Assembly (NCBI GenBank): GCA_964393565.1
Contig: CAYMUJ010000004.1
Location: forward strand, 2,188-66,187
Reading direction: 5' to 3'
Length of the DNA stretch: 64,000 bases
DNA from: an uncultured Stakelama sp.
Lineage (GTDB): Bacteria > Pseudomonadota > Alphaproteobacteria > Sphingomonadales > Sphingomonadaceae
In this document: positions 18,171-27,080 of the stretch, piece by piece
Numbering within the stretch: the first letter of the stretch is position 1
How the letters are laid out: the number at the start of each line of letters is the position of its first letter
Position numbers and translations under genes: made by a program
Notes under the pieces: generated by a model
Told to the model about the DNA's origin: nothing
What the model saw: the letters and a program-made list of their open reading frames with translations, nothing else
Database searches by the model: none

Positions 18171-18500
18171 TCAAGACCGGTTGCGGCGCTCTGCCATGTC
18201 GGCCGCACGATCCGCGTCGAAGAGGCGGTCTATTCGCTGGTTGATGATCTCGGTGATGTTCTTCAGGTCGTTGATGCCGCTGAGCACTGAACCCATCTGC
18301 TCGCGCATACCTTCCTTGGTGATGTAGGTCTCGGCGACGTGCAGCTTGTACCTGGCGAGATCGGCCTTGTTATCAGCAGTCTCTGCTCGAGCCTTCTCGA
18401 TCCGAGCTTCGAACCGGAACCACGCTCCGGCTATCGCGCCGATGACCGCGATGACGAAGATGACGAACTCGGTGGTGATCGGCGTGGAGCCCATGGTCAT
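18171..18500 (-). CDS. Single-TM membrane protein, probable lysis (holin-like) gene
   Basis: FVIFVIAVIGAIAGAW helix then coiled coil; ATGA coupling. Confidence 0.65.
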   Translation of the reverse strand: MTMGSTPITTEFVIFVIAVIGAIAGAWFRFEARIEKARAETADNKADLARYKLHVAETYITKEGMREQMGSVLSGINDLKNITEIINQRIDRLFDADRAADMAERRNRS

Positions 18501-18868
18501 TTCCCTGAGAAGCGCGAGACAACCCGGTCGATGCCGGTCATGAGGAAGTAGAAGCCGACGATCGTCATGACGATGTTGGTGACCTGGTCGCCGGGATTGC
18601 GCGTCACGCCTAGCCCGAGCACCGTGTCCCATACGACCAGCTTGAACACGTAGATGGCGGCACACCAGCCCATGATCGTCCGCGGGCTCCACCAGTGGTC
18701 ATTCACCGAGGCTGCGATCACGACGTCGCGCTTCGCCTCGAGGTTCTTGATCCGGATGTCAGCCTCGATCCTCTGACCGTCGTTCTCGGCCGCGAGTTTG
18801 GCGGTGTAGGCCTCGGTCAGCGCCTTCGTGATCGGCGCAAGTGGATTCAGGAATTCGAACAATGCCAT
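18497..18868 (-). CDS. Holin-like two-TM protein
   Basis: Two hydrophobic segments, ending VGFYF..TGIDR. Confidence 0.65.
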   Translation of the reverse strand: MALFEFLNPLAPITKALTEAYTAKLAAENDGQRIEADIRIKNLEAKRDVVIAASVNDHWWSPRTIMGWCAAIYVFKLVVWDTVLGLGVTRNPGDQVTNIVMTIVGFYFLMTGIDRVVSRFSGK

Positions 18869-18972
18869 CGGTACAATTCCACGTTTCAGGCGGAATACCA
18901 CATATGGTTGAGAATGGCTATGCGGGTAACGCTCGCATCACGCATTGGTTTAACGCTCGCGTAACGGTGATA

Positions 18973-19215
18973 TCAGCGCCCGTCGAAGCCGGTGGGGCCG
19001 CGGAGCCTGATGTCGATCGACGAACTGCGGCACCTCGAGCATTTCAGCGCCGACACCAAGCGCCCCCGGTTGTCGACAGTGTCGAAATCCGGGCCGAACT
19101 TTTCGATGAGCTTGGAGAGATCCACCGCAGCAAAATGACCACAGGCGTCGCAGTAGGCGGTCAGGCCATAGCCATACTCGAGCATGCGTCCGAGCTTATT
19201 GACGTCGATAGTCAT
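18973..19215 (-). CDS. Small CxxC...CxxC Zn-binding protein
   Basis: YCDACGH...LKCSRC; GAGG RBS. Confidence 0.7.
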   Translation of the reverse strand: MTIDVNKLGRMLEYGYGLTAYCDACGHFAAVDLSKLIEKFGPDFDTVDNRGRLVSALKCSRCRSSSIDIRLRGPTGFDGR

Positions 19216-19267
19216 GGTGCCGCCTCTCGGCGGCACCAGATGCACGTCACCTGGTCCGAAGGCAAGG

Positions 19268-20092
19268 CTAAAGACCCTTCATAAATGCGTACCGCTGACT
19301 GTTGAACTTCTCAGCAACAGCACGGCCGGCCATTTCTGGCTGCACATATGTCTCCAGGAAGATGACCGACGATTTCCATCGCCCCGCTTCCATCGCCGTC
19401 TTCAGGTCGAGCCCCAACCCGAGTGCATTTGTGGCGAAGGAATAGCGACCGACTGAGTGACTTGAGTGATAAGAGATGCCTGCGCGCTTACAGACTGCCT
19501 TGATCCGATCATTTACGGCATACCTCGATGTGTAGGAAAAAACCCGATCGTCTGGATCGATTTCAAGATTGAAGAATCGAAAGACCAGTTCGTCGGTAAG
19601 GTAGGCCGTCTGCATGACGCCGGTCTTGGTTTTCACCAATGTCGCGACGCGTCTTTTGAGATCCACGTCTTTCCACCGCAGGTTTATCGCCTCTGATACG
19701 CGCGCCGCAGTGTGGTTCATGAATAGGACGAGACCGGCCAGGTGATGGAGCCCGTCGCGATCACACTGGTTGATGAACGTACTCAACCAGTACCCGTCAA
19801 CAGGTCCGTGCAGCTTACTTTTCTCGACCCGGAACCTGCGAATGCGGACTACGCCACACCAACCTAGGTCGTGCGCGTGGTACATCACCGACCTAGCCGG
19901 CGTGATTGCCTGGCGGTTCCTCGTAGAGGCCTTGTGCTCAGGATAAAGCGCCAAGGCCATGTCTCGGAACTCCGCAGGCGCGATCGTAGCTACGTCACGA
20001 CCTCTGAAATAGGCGCTGATTGGATCTAGGTACTTCGCCTCGCCACCCTGTCGGATATAGCTAGCGGCGGCAGCTTCAAACGTGTGTTCCAT
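19268..20092 (-). CDS. Second tyrosine recombinase (no arm-binding domain evident)
   Basis: ARVSEA (R), KTK (K), HSVGR (HxxxR), GRW, terminal Y. Confidence 0.88.
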   Translation of the reverse strand: MEHTFEAAAASYIRQGGEAKYLDPISAYFRGRDVATIAPAEFRDMALALYPEHKASTRNRQAITPARSVMYHAHDLGWCGVVRIRRFRVEKSKLHGPVDGYWLSTFINQCDRDGLHHLAGLVLFMNHTAARVSEAINLRWKDVDLKRRVATLVKTKTGVMQTAYLTDELVFRFFNLEIDPDDRVFSYTSRYAVNDRIKAVCKRAGISYHSSHSVGRYSFATNALGLGLDLKTAMEAGRWKSSVIFLETYVQPEMAGRAVAEKFNSQRYAFMKGL

Positions 20093-20137
20093 TATGCGTT
20101 CCACCCTTCTGAAAACGCGATAATGGCTATGGTGATT

Positions 20138-20174
20138 CAGTGTGATAAGCAACTAAAAGTTGATTATCACACTG
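20138..20174. repeat. 37-bp inverted repeat built around an operator-like core
   Basis: CAGTGTGATAA-gCAAC-TAAAA-GTTGa-TTATCACACTG. Confidence 0.85.
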
Positions 20175-20197
20175 CCAGTTGGGTTTAGGGCGGGGCG

Positions 20198-21325
20198 TTA
20201 GGCCACCAGCCGCAGCAGTGATGCGTACGCCTGCCCAACGTCCGCCGCGCCTTGCGCCGTGTGATGCACGGTGTCGTAGTAACGTCCGAGCGCGTTGGCT
20301 TCGGTGTAACTTGACCACCGAGTGCTTAGGTCCAGATAGGGCACGTTTTTCGCCAAGGCCACCGCCTGACGCTGTGCCAGATAGTCCGGTTCCAGCGACT
20401 CATTTGCGCCGCTGCGCGGTGTGTATCCGACAAGGATCACGTCGCCCGTTGTCAGCAGCACGTCGATCAATGTGCTCAGATTAGCGCCGTAAGTTGCGGC
20501 TGCTATGCTCGTCGACCGATCATTAAGACCGATATTCAGCAACCACACATCGCAACCGACGACTGGTAACGACTGCCGCGGCTCCCACGCCGCTCCATTG
20601 GACAAGAATGCTGCCGTGTCCCACCCATAACTGCCCAGATTCCACACCTCGACCTGAGGCACCGACGACGAGTAGCCGATAACGCCGCCGATAAAAATTG
20701 CGCCCCCAGTGCCGTTGCGCTGTATGCTGATGGCCGCGGTCGACGACGATGCTCGCGAAATTGTCGCTTTTGCAAAGCCAGTCGCCGCGTTGCTGTTGAT
20801 GGTTGCTAGCGTGCCTGATCCGTCAGTGACGGTAAACGTGCCAAAGCCGGATGCCGTAACATACCAGACTTCAAAGCGGTCACAGGAGACGGTCGGCGTG
20901 AACGTCATCGCATCCGTACCGGTCGATGCAGTTACAAGATTGCCGCACGGCCCGCGTGCGGATCGCGACCAACTCGCCCCGGCAAAAGCGACACGGCTGT
21001 CATACGATGCAATCGCGCCCATCCCCGCATCGGGCAGCGCATGATCGCAGAAATTGCCGCCGTCTATTGCTGGTATGATGTAGTTCAAAGCTTCGGCCAA
21101 ACGACGCGGCGGGCTCTTGGCGGCAGCGCCATTTACGTTGTTGGTGCCGCCCGAACCGGCGCCTGCACCCATGGTTGTGCTGTCACCGACAATCCCGATG
21201 CGGCAACGCCCGGTGCCCGATCGTACCCTCGACATCGCATTGGTCAGCTTCTGAAGCTTGGCAGGGCTGAAATTGTAGAGGCCGGGCAGGACAGCGCCGC
21301 CTAAAGCCTTATTGAGTTCGACCAT
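20198..21325 (-). CDS. SGNH/GDSL-family esterase, probably virion-associated
   Basis: GDSTT, GLND and DTVH blocks. Confidence 0.85.
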   Translation of the reverse strand: MVELNKALGGAVLPGLYNFSPAKLQKLTNAMSRVRSGTGRCRIGIVGDSTTMGAGAGSGGTNNVNGAAAKSPPRRLAEALNYIIPAIDGGNFCDHALPDAGMGAIASYDSRVAFAGASWSRSARGPCGNLVTASTGTDAMTFTPTVSCDRFEVWYVTASGFGTFTVTDGSGTLATINSNAATGFAKATISRASSSTAAISIQRNGTGGAIFIGGVIGYSSSVPQVEVWNLGSYGWDTAAFLSNGAAWEPRQSLPVVGCDVWLLNIGLNDRSTSIAAATYGANLSTLIDVLLTTGDVILVGYTPRSGANESLEPDYLAQRQAVALAKNVPYLDLSTRWSSYTEANALGRYYDTVHHTAQGAADVGQAYASLLRLVA

Positions 21326-21492
21326 CAGGAAATCCTCACCAGGTCTACTACGGGGATGCCGTTGTCAGTGACGCGCACGCCGTTGTCGGTCACGAATTCC
21401 CAGCGAAAACCTGCCGGTGCAGGCGACGAGGCGTAGGCAGCGGCACCCACGCCCTGTGATAGGGCGACAGGGACTCGTTTAGAACCAAGCAT
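21325..21492 (-). CDS. 55-aa hypothetical protein absent from the ORF track
   Basis: MLGSKRVPVALSQG...VTDNGVRVTDNGIPVVDLVRIS; TGATG junctions at both ends. Confidence 0.65.
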   Translation of the reverse strand: MLGSKRVPVALSQGVGAAAYASSPAPAGFRWEFVTDNGVRVTDNGIPVVDLVRIS

Positions 21493-22490
21493 CAGCCGTC
21501 CCCCATCGCGCGCAGCGTTACTGAGACGTCAGACGTAGAGGCGAAAGTCGGTGTCGCCCGAGCCACCAGAGCACCGTAAACAGTGGTTGTGCCCGCCGCA
21601 GGTTTGAACGGCAGCGCTGCGTTGAGCGCCTGACCGATCGACGGCGTGCCGAGCGACGTCCAGTCGGTGATATGCAGTACGCCTGCCACCTTGTCGAAGT
21701 CCGCCGCAGCAATGGACAGGTTCGTCTTGTCTGCGATCGTCGAGCCCGATGGATCAGCACTAAACAGCACCAGGTCCATCGCCCCGGTTTGATTCGACTT
21801 GCAGTTCACTGCCACCTGCTGAAGAAGTGCTGAGATGTCGTTGGCGCGCGTGATACCTGAGAAGGTCATCTTGCCGCCAATGCAGTTGCCCGCTGCGTAT
21901 GCCGCGCCTGATGTGACAGTCTGAACCGCGCTCACGATCTTCGTAGCCGGCGTGAACACGCTGAGACCGCTGGTCCAGTTCTGCAAAAGCCGCTTGAACA
22001 GCGAGATCAACGAGAACGAGCCGGTATCGGTCGTCGCAACCGCATCCGTTTTCGCGCCGAGGTTCGTATTGGTCGTCGAGATCAGCGACTCGAGATCGGA
22101 CGTGTTCAGGTTGACCGTGTCGGCAGCCACAGTCAGATCCTTCACCGAGACGGGCAGCGGATCGAGATTGGCAGCGAGGAAGGAGAACTTCGCTCCGCGG
22201 ACGCTGGTGATCAGGAAAGGCGGCGCGCCGGGAACCAGGACCACGCTGTTGCTGTCCGTCGCGGTTGGGTCGTCACCCCATGCAACATATGCGGCTCCAC
22301 CCTGTGCAGTGAGGCGCACAGCGACATAGGTATCGGTCGGTGCCTGCGGCCGGGCGCCGCCCGCCGTAGCAACTCCGGTGACCGGGACGATGACCGGTGT
22401 GCCGATAAGCGACTTCACACCCTGGTCGGGGCTGACCTGCTGTCCGCCCCCACCCATCTTCACGAATTCGATCCGTACCGTCTGCGCCAT
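21492..22490 (-). CDS. Putative virion/tail-associated protein
   Basis: Thr/Ala/Gly-rich 332 aa in the tail-fibre cluster. Confidence 0.65.
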   Translation of the reverse strand: MAQTVRIEFVKMGGGGQQVSPDQGVKSLIGTPVIVPVTGVATAGGARPQAPTDTYVAVRLTAQGGAAYVAWGDDPTATDSNSVVLVPGAPPFLITSVRGAKFSFLAANLDPLPVSVKDLTVAADTVNLNTSDLESLISTTNTNLGAKTDAVATTDTGSFSLISLFKRLLQNWTSGLSVFTPATKIVSAVQTVTSGAAYAAGNCIGGKMTFSGITRANDISALLQQVAVNCKSNQTGAMDLVLFSADPSGSTIADKTNLSIAAADFDKVAGVLHITDWTSLGTPSIGQALNAALPFKPAAGTTTVYGALVARATPTFASTSDVSVTLRAMGDG

Positions 22491-22550
22491 CTGAGTGAAC
22501 CTTCACTGTTTTAGGGATATTGCCACAAACAGTTGAATTTGGAAAGTCAA

Positions 22551-22955
22551 TCACCATTCGTTCGGGCGAGTGCCGCACAGCGTCACCGCAAGGTAGCAAA
22601 GCACCCGACGCCAACGCGACACGCCATCTGCTTTCATCATGTGAAAGAACTCGCCGGCAGCGGTCTGCACGTCCCACTTGGGTCGGTCTTGTCCGACGAT
22701 GTCTTCGGGCGTCGGGCGCATCCAGTCGTGGACGCAGGCTGCCTTCGCCGTGCATGGATCATTTCTGTCGAGGAAGCGGCGCGCGATCCAGGGTAGCGAC
22801 ATCAGGTCGGTGATGAAGCCCTTCGGCACCCTCACCCATAGGTCCGAGCCCTTGTACCCAACCTCCCAGTAGAGGTCGGCTGTAAGCTGCCAAGCCCACT
22901 TTCCGCTCGGTAGCCGGATAGGCTCGAGGCAGACATTCTCGGTGTACAGGCTCAC
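22551..22955 (-). CDS. DUF1353-like protein
   Basis: VPKGFITDLMSLP...AACVHDW. Confidence 0.8.
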   Translation of the reverse strand: MSLYTENVCLEPIRLPSGKWAWQLTADLYWEVGYKGSDLWVRVPKGFITDLMSLPWIARRFLDRNDPCTAKAACVHDWMRPTPEDIVGQDRPKWDVQTAAGEFFHMMKADGVSRWRRVLCYLAVTLCGTRPNEW

Positions 22956-24091
22956 AGCTTAATGCAGAGCAGGTCGGCATAGTTGGCCGGCCGGTTCTCC
23001 GTCCCCGAGTTCGTATTGACGGTGATTCCGTGGGTGTGGTCGGGCGCCGTCGAGACGGTTAGCGAGACGGTGTTCCTGTTGGTGTCGCCACCTGATGGAC
23101 GGAAGTCCGAATAGCTTTGACCGTTGGCACCATAAACAGCAGTCACCGGGCCGTAGGTGTGAGTGTGCGAGCCGGCAGGAGCGCTGCTCGCGGTGTGCCC
23201 GTGCGGCCCGATCATCTCACCCTGGTAGCTGCCGAGTGTGCGTCCGGAGTCAACGCCGGCACCATCGTCCCAAGCACGCTGGAAGGACCCCCGGCGATCC
23301 GGTAGCGGCATGCGCTTATTCGCGTTCCAGTCGTCAAGAGCGCTGAGACCACGTGGCGTCGCAAGTCCGGCGCTGTTCTGGATCGGCAGCACACTGTTCG
23401 AGAATTGGTTCCAGAGCAGGACGTACAGATCCAGGGCCTCGTCGCTCGCGAGCGCTGTTGCGCCTGAGGACGCATTGCCAATGCTACGTCCGTCAGCTTT
23501 CAGCCAACCTGTCGGTGCCGTCGAACGCGCGAAGTAGGCGTATTGACCCGTCTGCGTCAGCCAGTTCTGCACGGTGAGGCGGAATAGCCCGAGCAAGTTC
23601 GTATGCTTGATCCGACTTAGGCCGCTCGTCAGCTTGTTCCAGAAGCCCCACTCGCTATCGCCATCAATCGTCGTCACCTCGTCGGCGCCGTGAATGCCCG
23701 TGCTCAGGTCGGTCGATATACCTGCCACCGCCGCGAGCGCGTCGTTCTTGGCAGCAACAGCGGTGTCCTTCGCAGCGGTTGCCGTAGATGCCGAAGCGAT
23801 AGCCGTGTCGCGCGCCGTATAGGCGGCGTTCCGCGCAGCGACCGCATCATCCTTGGCCGTGGTCGCGCTGGCGAGCAAGCTCTCGGCGCCATCGTTGATC
23901 TCGGCATCCTTTGCGGCAATGAGTGCGGCAGCATCGTCCGCGATCTGTTTGGCGAGCTTGGCGACCGAAGGGACCGTCGCGCCTTCCGACGTCGTGACTG
24001 TCGCCGAATCGTCGCCGTTCACGAAGGTGTTGAGGCGGACCTCATTCGCTTTAAGGCGCGGGATCGCCAGATCGAGTGTGAGTTCGGTCAT
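22952..24091 (-). CDS. Tail fibre protein with collar domain
   Basis: APTGWLKADG, LPDRRGSFQRAWDDGAGVDSGRTLGSYQ, HxH repeats, ENRPAN. Confidence 0.85.
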   Translation of the reverse strand: MTELTLDLAIPRLKANEVRLNTFVNGDDSATVTTSEGATVPSVAKLAKQIADDAAALIAAKDAEINDGAESLLASATTAKDDAVAARNAAYTARDTAIASASTATAAKDTAVAAKNDALAAVAGISTDLSTGIHGADEVTTIDGDSEWGFWNKLTSGLSRIKHTNLLGLFRLTVQNWLTQTGQYAYFARSTAPTGWLKADGRSIGNASSGATALASDEALDLYVLLWNQFSNSVLPIQNSAGLATPRGLSALDDWNANKRMPLPDRRGSFQRAWDDGAGVDSGRTLGSYQGEMIGPHGHTASSAPAGSHTHTYGPVTAVYGANGQSYSDFRPSGGDTNRNTVSLTVSTAPDHTHGITVNTNSGTENRPANYADLLCIKL

Positions 24092-24100
24092 GATGCGTCC

Positions 24101-24994
24101 TCAATAGCCGCGAGATGGGATGGTTGTGTTGGTGAAGACGTCGAGTTCATTTTCCCAATACGGGAAGTCACCGAGATCCACGCCGGAGAGCGCGATGATC
24201 GCCAACTCATCTGCAGTGAATAGCGACTGTTGGAACTCGTCCGCGTAGACGTAGTCAGTGAAGGCGTTCAGCTTCCTCGCCTCGAACTCGAACTTCAGCA
24301 TCTGCCAGTTGTTCTCGTCGTTGAGGTTGAGGTCGCCGGCCGTGGTAAGCTTCACCATTGGATAGAAGTAGTTCTTCTGATTGCCTCGAATGTTCCGCGA
24401 CACGAAGCGCAGGGAGCCAAACTGCTCCCGCCTGGATGGCGAGATCATGTTGATGGTCTGCTGCCGCCACTCGAACGAGATCGTGAAGGTCTGACCCTCT
24501 GAAACGTTCGGCGCTTCCGGACGGACCTGAAGTCTACCTGTGGCTTTGTTGACGTCGAAGTTGGCGTTGAGGTTGATTTCGGTCGATCCGATTTTGGCGA
24601 CGACATTCTCGACATACCGAAGACCGATCGGGATGCGCGTCATACCAAGCTGGTAGTAACGACCGACCTTGGCGATGAAGGACTCCGAAATCACGCCAAC
24701 AGCCTCTACAGACTCCACCTGACTCTCAGTGCCGAACCAAAGCGCAAGGTTCTCGATCGACAGGTTGTCTGTCTCGAACTCACCCTTGTGGATCTCACTC
24801 GTGATCGCGCCTTCAACCTCTACCTTTTGCCCGCCCACAGAAGTGTAGCGCCGGATCACCTGTGCATCCTGGCTGATGGTGAAGTCCTTCACCTCTCCGA
24901 GATAAAGCTCCCCCTGACGCAGGTTTGTCGCCGGATCGAACCGGTCGAAGTATAGGTCCCCTCGACCGACAACGATGGAGTTCGAGCTTCCCAC
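24101..24994 (-). CDS. Paralog of the major tail tube protein
   Basis: Colinear similarity to 41360..42160 (VGRGDLYF vs LGKGEVWF; LRFVSRNIRG vs LKFISRNPKG). Confidence 0.75.
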   Translation of the reverse strand: MGSSNSIVVGRGDLYFDRFDPATNLRQGELYLGEVKDFTISQDAQVIRRYTSVGGQKVEVEGAITSEIHKGEFETDNLSIENLALWFGTESQVESVEAVGVISESFIAKVGRYYQLGMTRIPIGLRYVENVVAKIGSTEINLNANFDVNKATGRLQVRPEAPNVSEGQTFTISFEWRQQTINMISPSRREQFGSLRFVSRNIRGNQKNYFYPMVKLTTAGDLNLNDENNWQMLKFEFEARKLNAFTDYVYADEFQQSLFTADELAIIALSGVDLGDFPYWENELDVFTNTTIPSRGY

Positions 24995-25047
24995 TGCGGC
25001 GCATCCTCAACTTTTACGCTATTATACACCCAAAAGGTGATTTTATG

Positions 25048-25716
25048 CTAGCGGGTTGGCAGCGGTTTCGTCGGCAGTGTGAAGCTGGAGGAGTACCGCC
25101 CAACGCCTGACGTGAGCCTCAAGTCGTCAAGATAGCCAATGAAATGCTGACCAGTTGTGGCTATCCTGGTTGTGACATCCGTAGCAATTGTCAGCTTCGT
25201 ACTTGAAGCCCACGACCAAGATGATGTGTAAGTTGCAACAATAGAACCATTCAATAATATATAATGCGTATTCCCTATTCGCGAGATGGCTAGATGATAC
25301 CACGTATTTGCAGATATCACACTTGAGTACCGCTGAGCACCGTTTATGGTAACGGACATCTGACCTGTGCTTCCCGTCTGAATTACCAGATTTGATCCAG
25401 ACGTGCGAAAGTCCATGATATAAGACGCTTTTGTGGGCGTAATGGCGTAGAGCCACGTCTCCACTGTCCAGTCACCAGTCCCTTGGTCGGGCCATGCGCC
25501 ATCGGCAGTAATATGATCTCCGTTACCGTCGAAATAGATAGATTTCGGGTTGTTCTTTACAACTGCGGTGGATAGCGCAGTGTTACCAGATACCGACAGT
25601 GCGAAAGCATTTTTCGACTTGTCGGTGATGGCGCTACCAGAGCCCTGTAGCAGGAGTTTCACGCTCGAGAAGTACGGGTCTTTGACCCCACTTGAGAACA
25701 TACCTGGCGGGATCAC
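25048..25716 (-). CDS. LamG/concanavalin-A-like domain protein, putative receptor binding
   Basis: DPYFSSVKLLL, SIYFDGNGD, WTVETW, WYHLAI, GYLDDLRLT; GTGA coupling; AT-rich core. Confidence 0.8.
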   Translation of the reverse strand: MIPPGMFSSGVKDPYFSSVKLLLQGSGSAITDKSKNAFALSVSGNTALSTAVVKNNPKSIYFDGNGDHITADGAWPDQGTGDWTVETWLYAITPTKASYIMDFRTSGSNLVIQTGSTGQMSVTINGAQRYSSVISANTWYHLAISRIGNTHYILLNGSIVATYTSSWSWASSTKLTIATDVTTRIATTGQHFIGYLDDLRLTSGVGRYSSSFTLPTKPLPTR

Positions 25717-27080
25717 GAGGTGAGGTCTCCTGTCACCCACCACTCGTTGGCGTCCACCTTCTTGGCAGTCCACCCCGAGTATTGCTCCATGGTCTTCAAG
25801 CGACCACCAGGTGCTCTCAGCGTCACGCCCGACGCCCCGACAAATGTGACCTGACCCGCTCCCCATTGAGCGCCTGATATCACCCCGTTAACTGGAAACG
25901 CGGCAGCAGCGTCGGTTTGGAACGTCACCGTCACCGCTGTGGCTGACGTGAAGCGCTTGAACTTTCCAGGATCGGAAGCGACGACGGCATAGGTTGTACC
26001 CGAAACAACATCGTCGGAGACGAATCGGGACTGCGCGACCAGGTCGGCCGCTGCCTGCGCGCTCGATACCGGCTTGTTGACGTCGTAAGTGTTGTCGACG
26101 TTGTTGAGTTGCAGAAGCGCCTTCAATTGCGTCATGCTAACGTCCTCGGGCGCACCAGCCCCCGCGGAGTTCCTTCCCTTGACGGTGGCGTTCGCCATAT
26201 CGGCAAGCCGAATGTTGCCGGCCCCGTCGAACGCAATACCACCGGTGACGCCGATCTCTTCGACGACTCCGGTCCCGGTAGTGTCTCGACCGAGCAGTCT
26301 GTCAGTGCTGATGTTCTGCATCTTCGCGAACGTCACGCTGCTCGCGTCGATGGTCCAGATCAGGCCTGAACCTGAGACGGTGATGTCCCCCTTATCACCG
26401 TCCGCCACACCCGCGCCGATCGCGCCAGCCAGTGCGGCATTGACCCATGCCGTTGTGGCAAGCTTTGTCGTGTTGTCGGATGTAGCCGGGGTCGGCGCAG
26501 TCGGTGTACCGCTCAAGGCAGCATCGGTTAGAATCTGAGCCTTACTCAGGTTCTCGACGTTGGCGAGACCGATGTCCGCCTTGGTGTAGCCGAGAATATC
26601 CTTCATCTGGCTGGCATTGAGATCGCTCGGATCGCCTGTACCAGAACCTGCGGCTCGACCCTTGATGGTGCCCTGAGCCATATCGCCAAGCTTGGCGTTG
26701 GATACGCTGTTGTCCGAGATCGTCAGGACCGTACCACCTGCCGACTTGCCAACGTCGCCAGTGAAGGCCGAGCTTCGGATGTTGCCGGCGCCATCGAACT
26801 CAATGCCTCCGGTGACACCGATTTGCTCAGCATTGCCGGAGCCGGCCGTATCGCGACCGATCAGCTTGTCGGTGCCGATCTGCTGCATCTTGGCGAAGGT
26901 GATCGCGTTGGCCTTGACCACCCATGAATCCGTCGACACCGCGTCGATATCAGTCTTGTCACCTGCCTCAACACCCGTCGCACCGACGATCGCGCGCAGC
27001 GCAGCGCGAACTTCATTGTACTCGGTGCCGCTCGTCAGAGACCCCAGGTATGTCGCGAGATAGCCGGGCGAGTCCGTCAT
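25713..27080 (-). CDS. Tail fibre-like protein with internal repeats
   Basis: Twice TFAKMQ.I.TD.L.GRDT.G.G..E.IGVTGGI.FDGAGNIR; PTAPTP..DNTTKLATTAWV. Confidence 0.75.
   Translation of the reverse strand: MTDSPGYLATYLGSLTSGTEYNEVRAALRAIVGATGVEAGDKTDIDAVSTDSWVVKANAITFAKMQQIGTDKLIGRDTAGSGNAEQIGVTGGIEFDGAGNIRSSAFTGDVGKSAGGTVLTISDNSVSNAKLGDMAQGTIKGRAAGSGTGDPSDLNASQMKDILGYTKADIGLANVENLSKAQILTDAALSGTPTAPTPATSDNTTKLATTAWVNAALAGAIGAGVADGDKGDITVSGSGLIWTIDASSVTFAKMQNISTDRLLGRDTTGTGVVEEIGVTGGIAFDGAGNIRLADMANATVKGRNSAGAGAPEDVSMTQLKALLQLNNVDNTYDVNKPVSSAQAAADLVAQSRFVSDDVVSGTTYAVVASDPGKFKRFTSATAVTVTFQTDAAAAFPVNGVISGAQWGAGQVTFVGASGVTLRAPGGRLKTMEQYSGWTAKKVDANEWWVTGDLTS

Noticed and set aside
19268-27080. Tail-fibre shufflon or invertible cassette driven by the second recombinase
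   Set aside because: All fibre genes are co-oriented and I found no repeated inverted crossover sites or silent alternative C-termini
22952-27080. Diversity-generating retroelement
   Set aside because: No reverse transcriptase and no TR/VR pair; the repeats in 25713..27080 are ordinary diverged protein repeats
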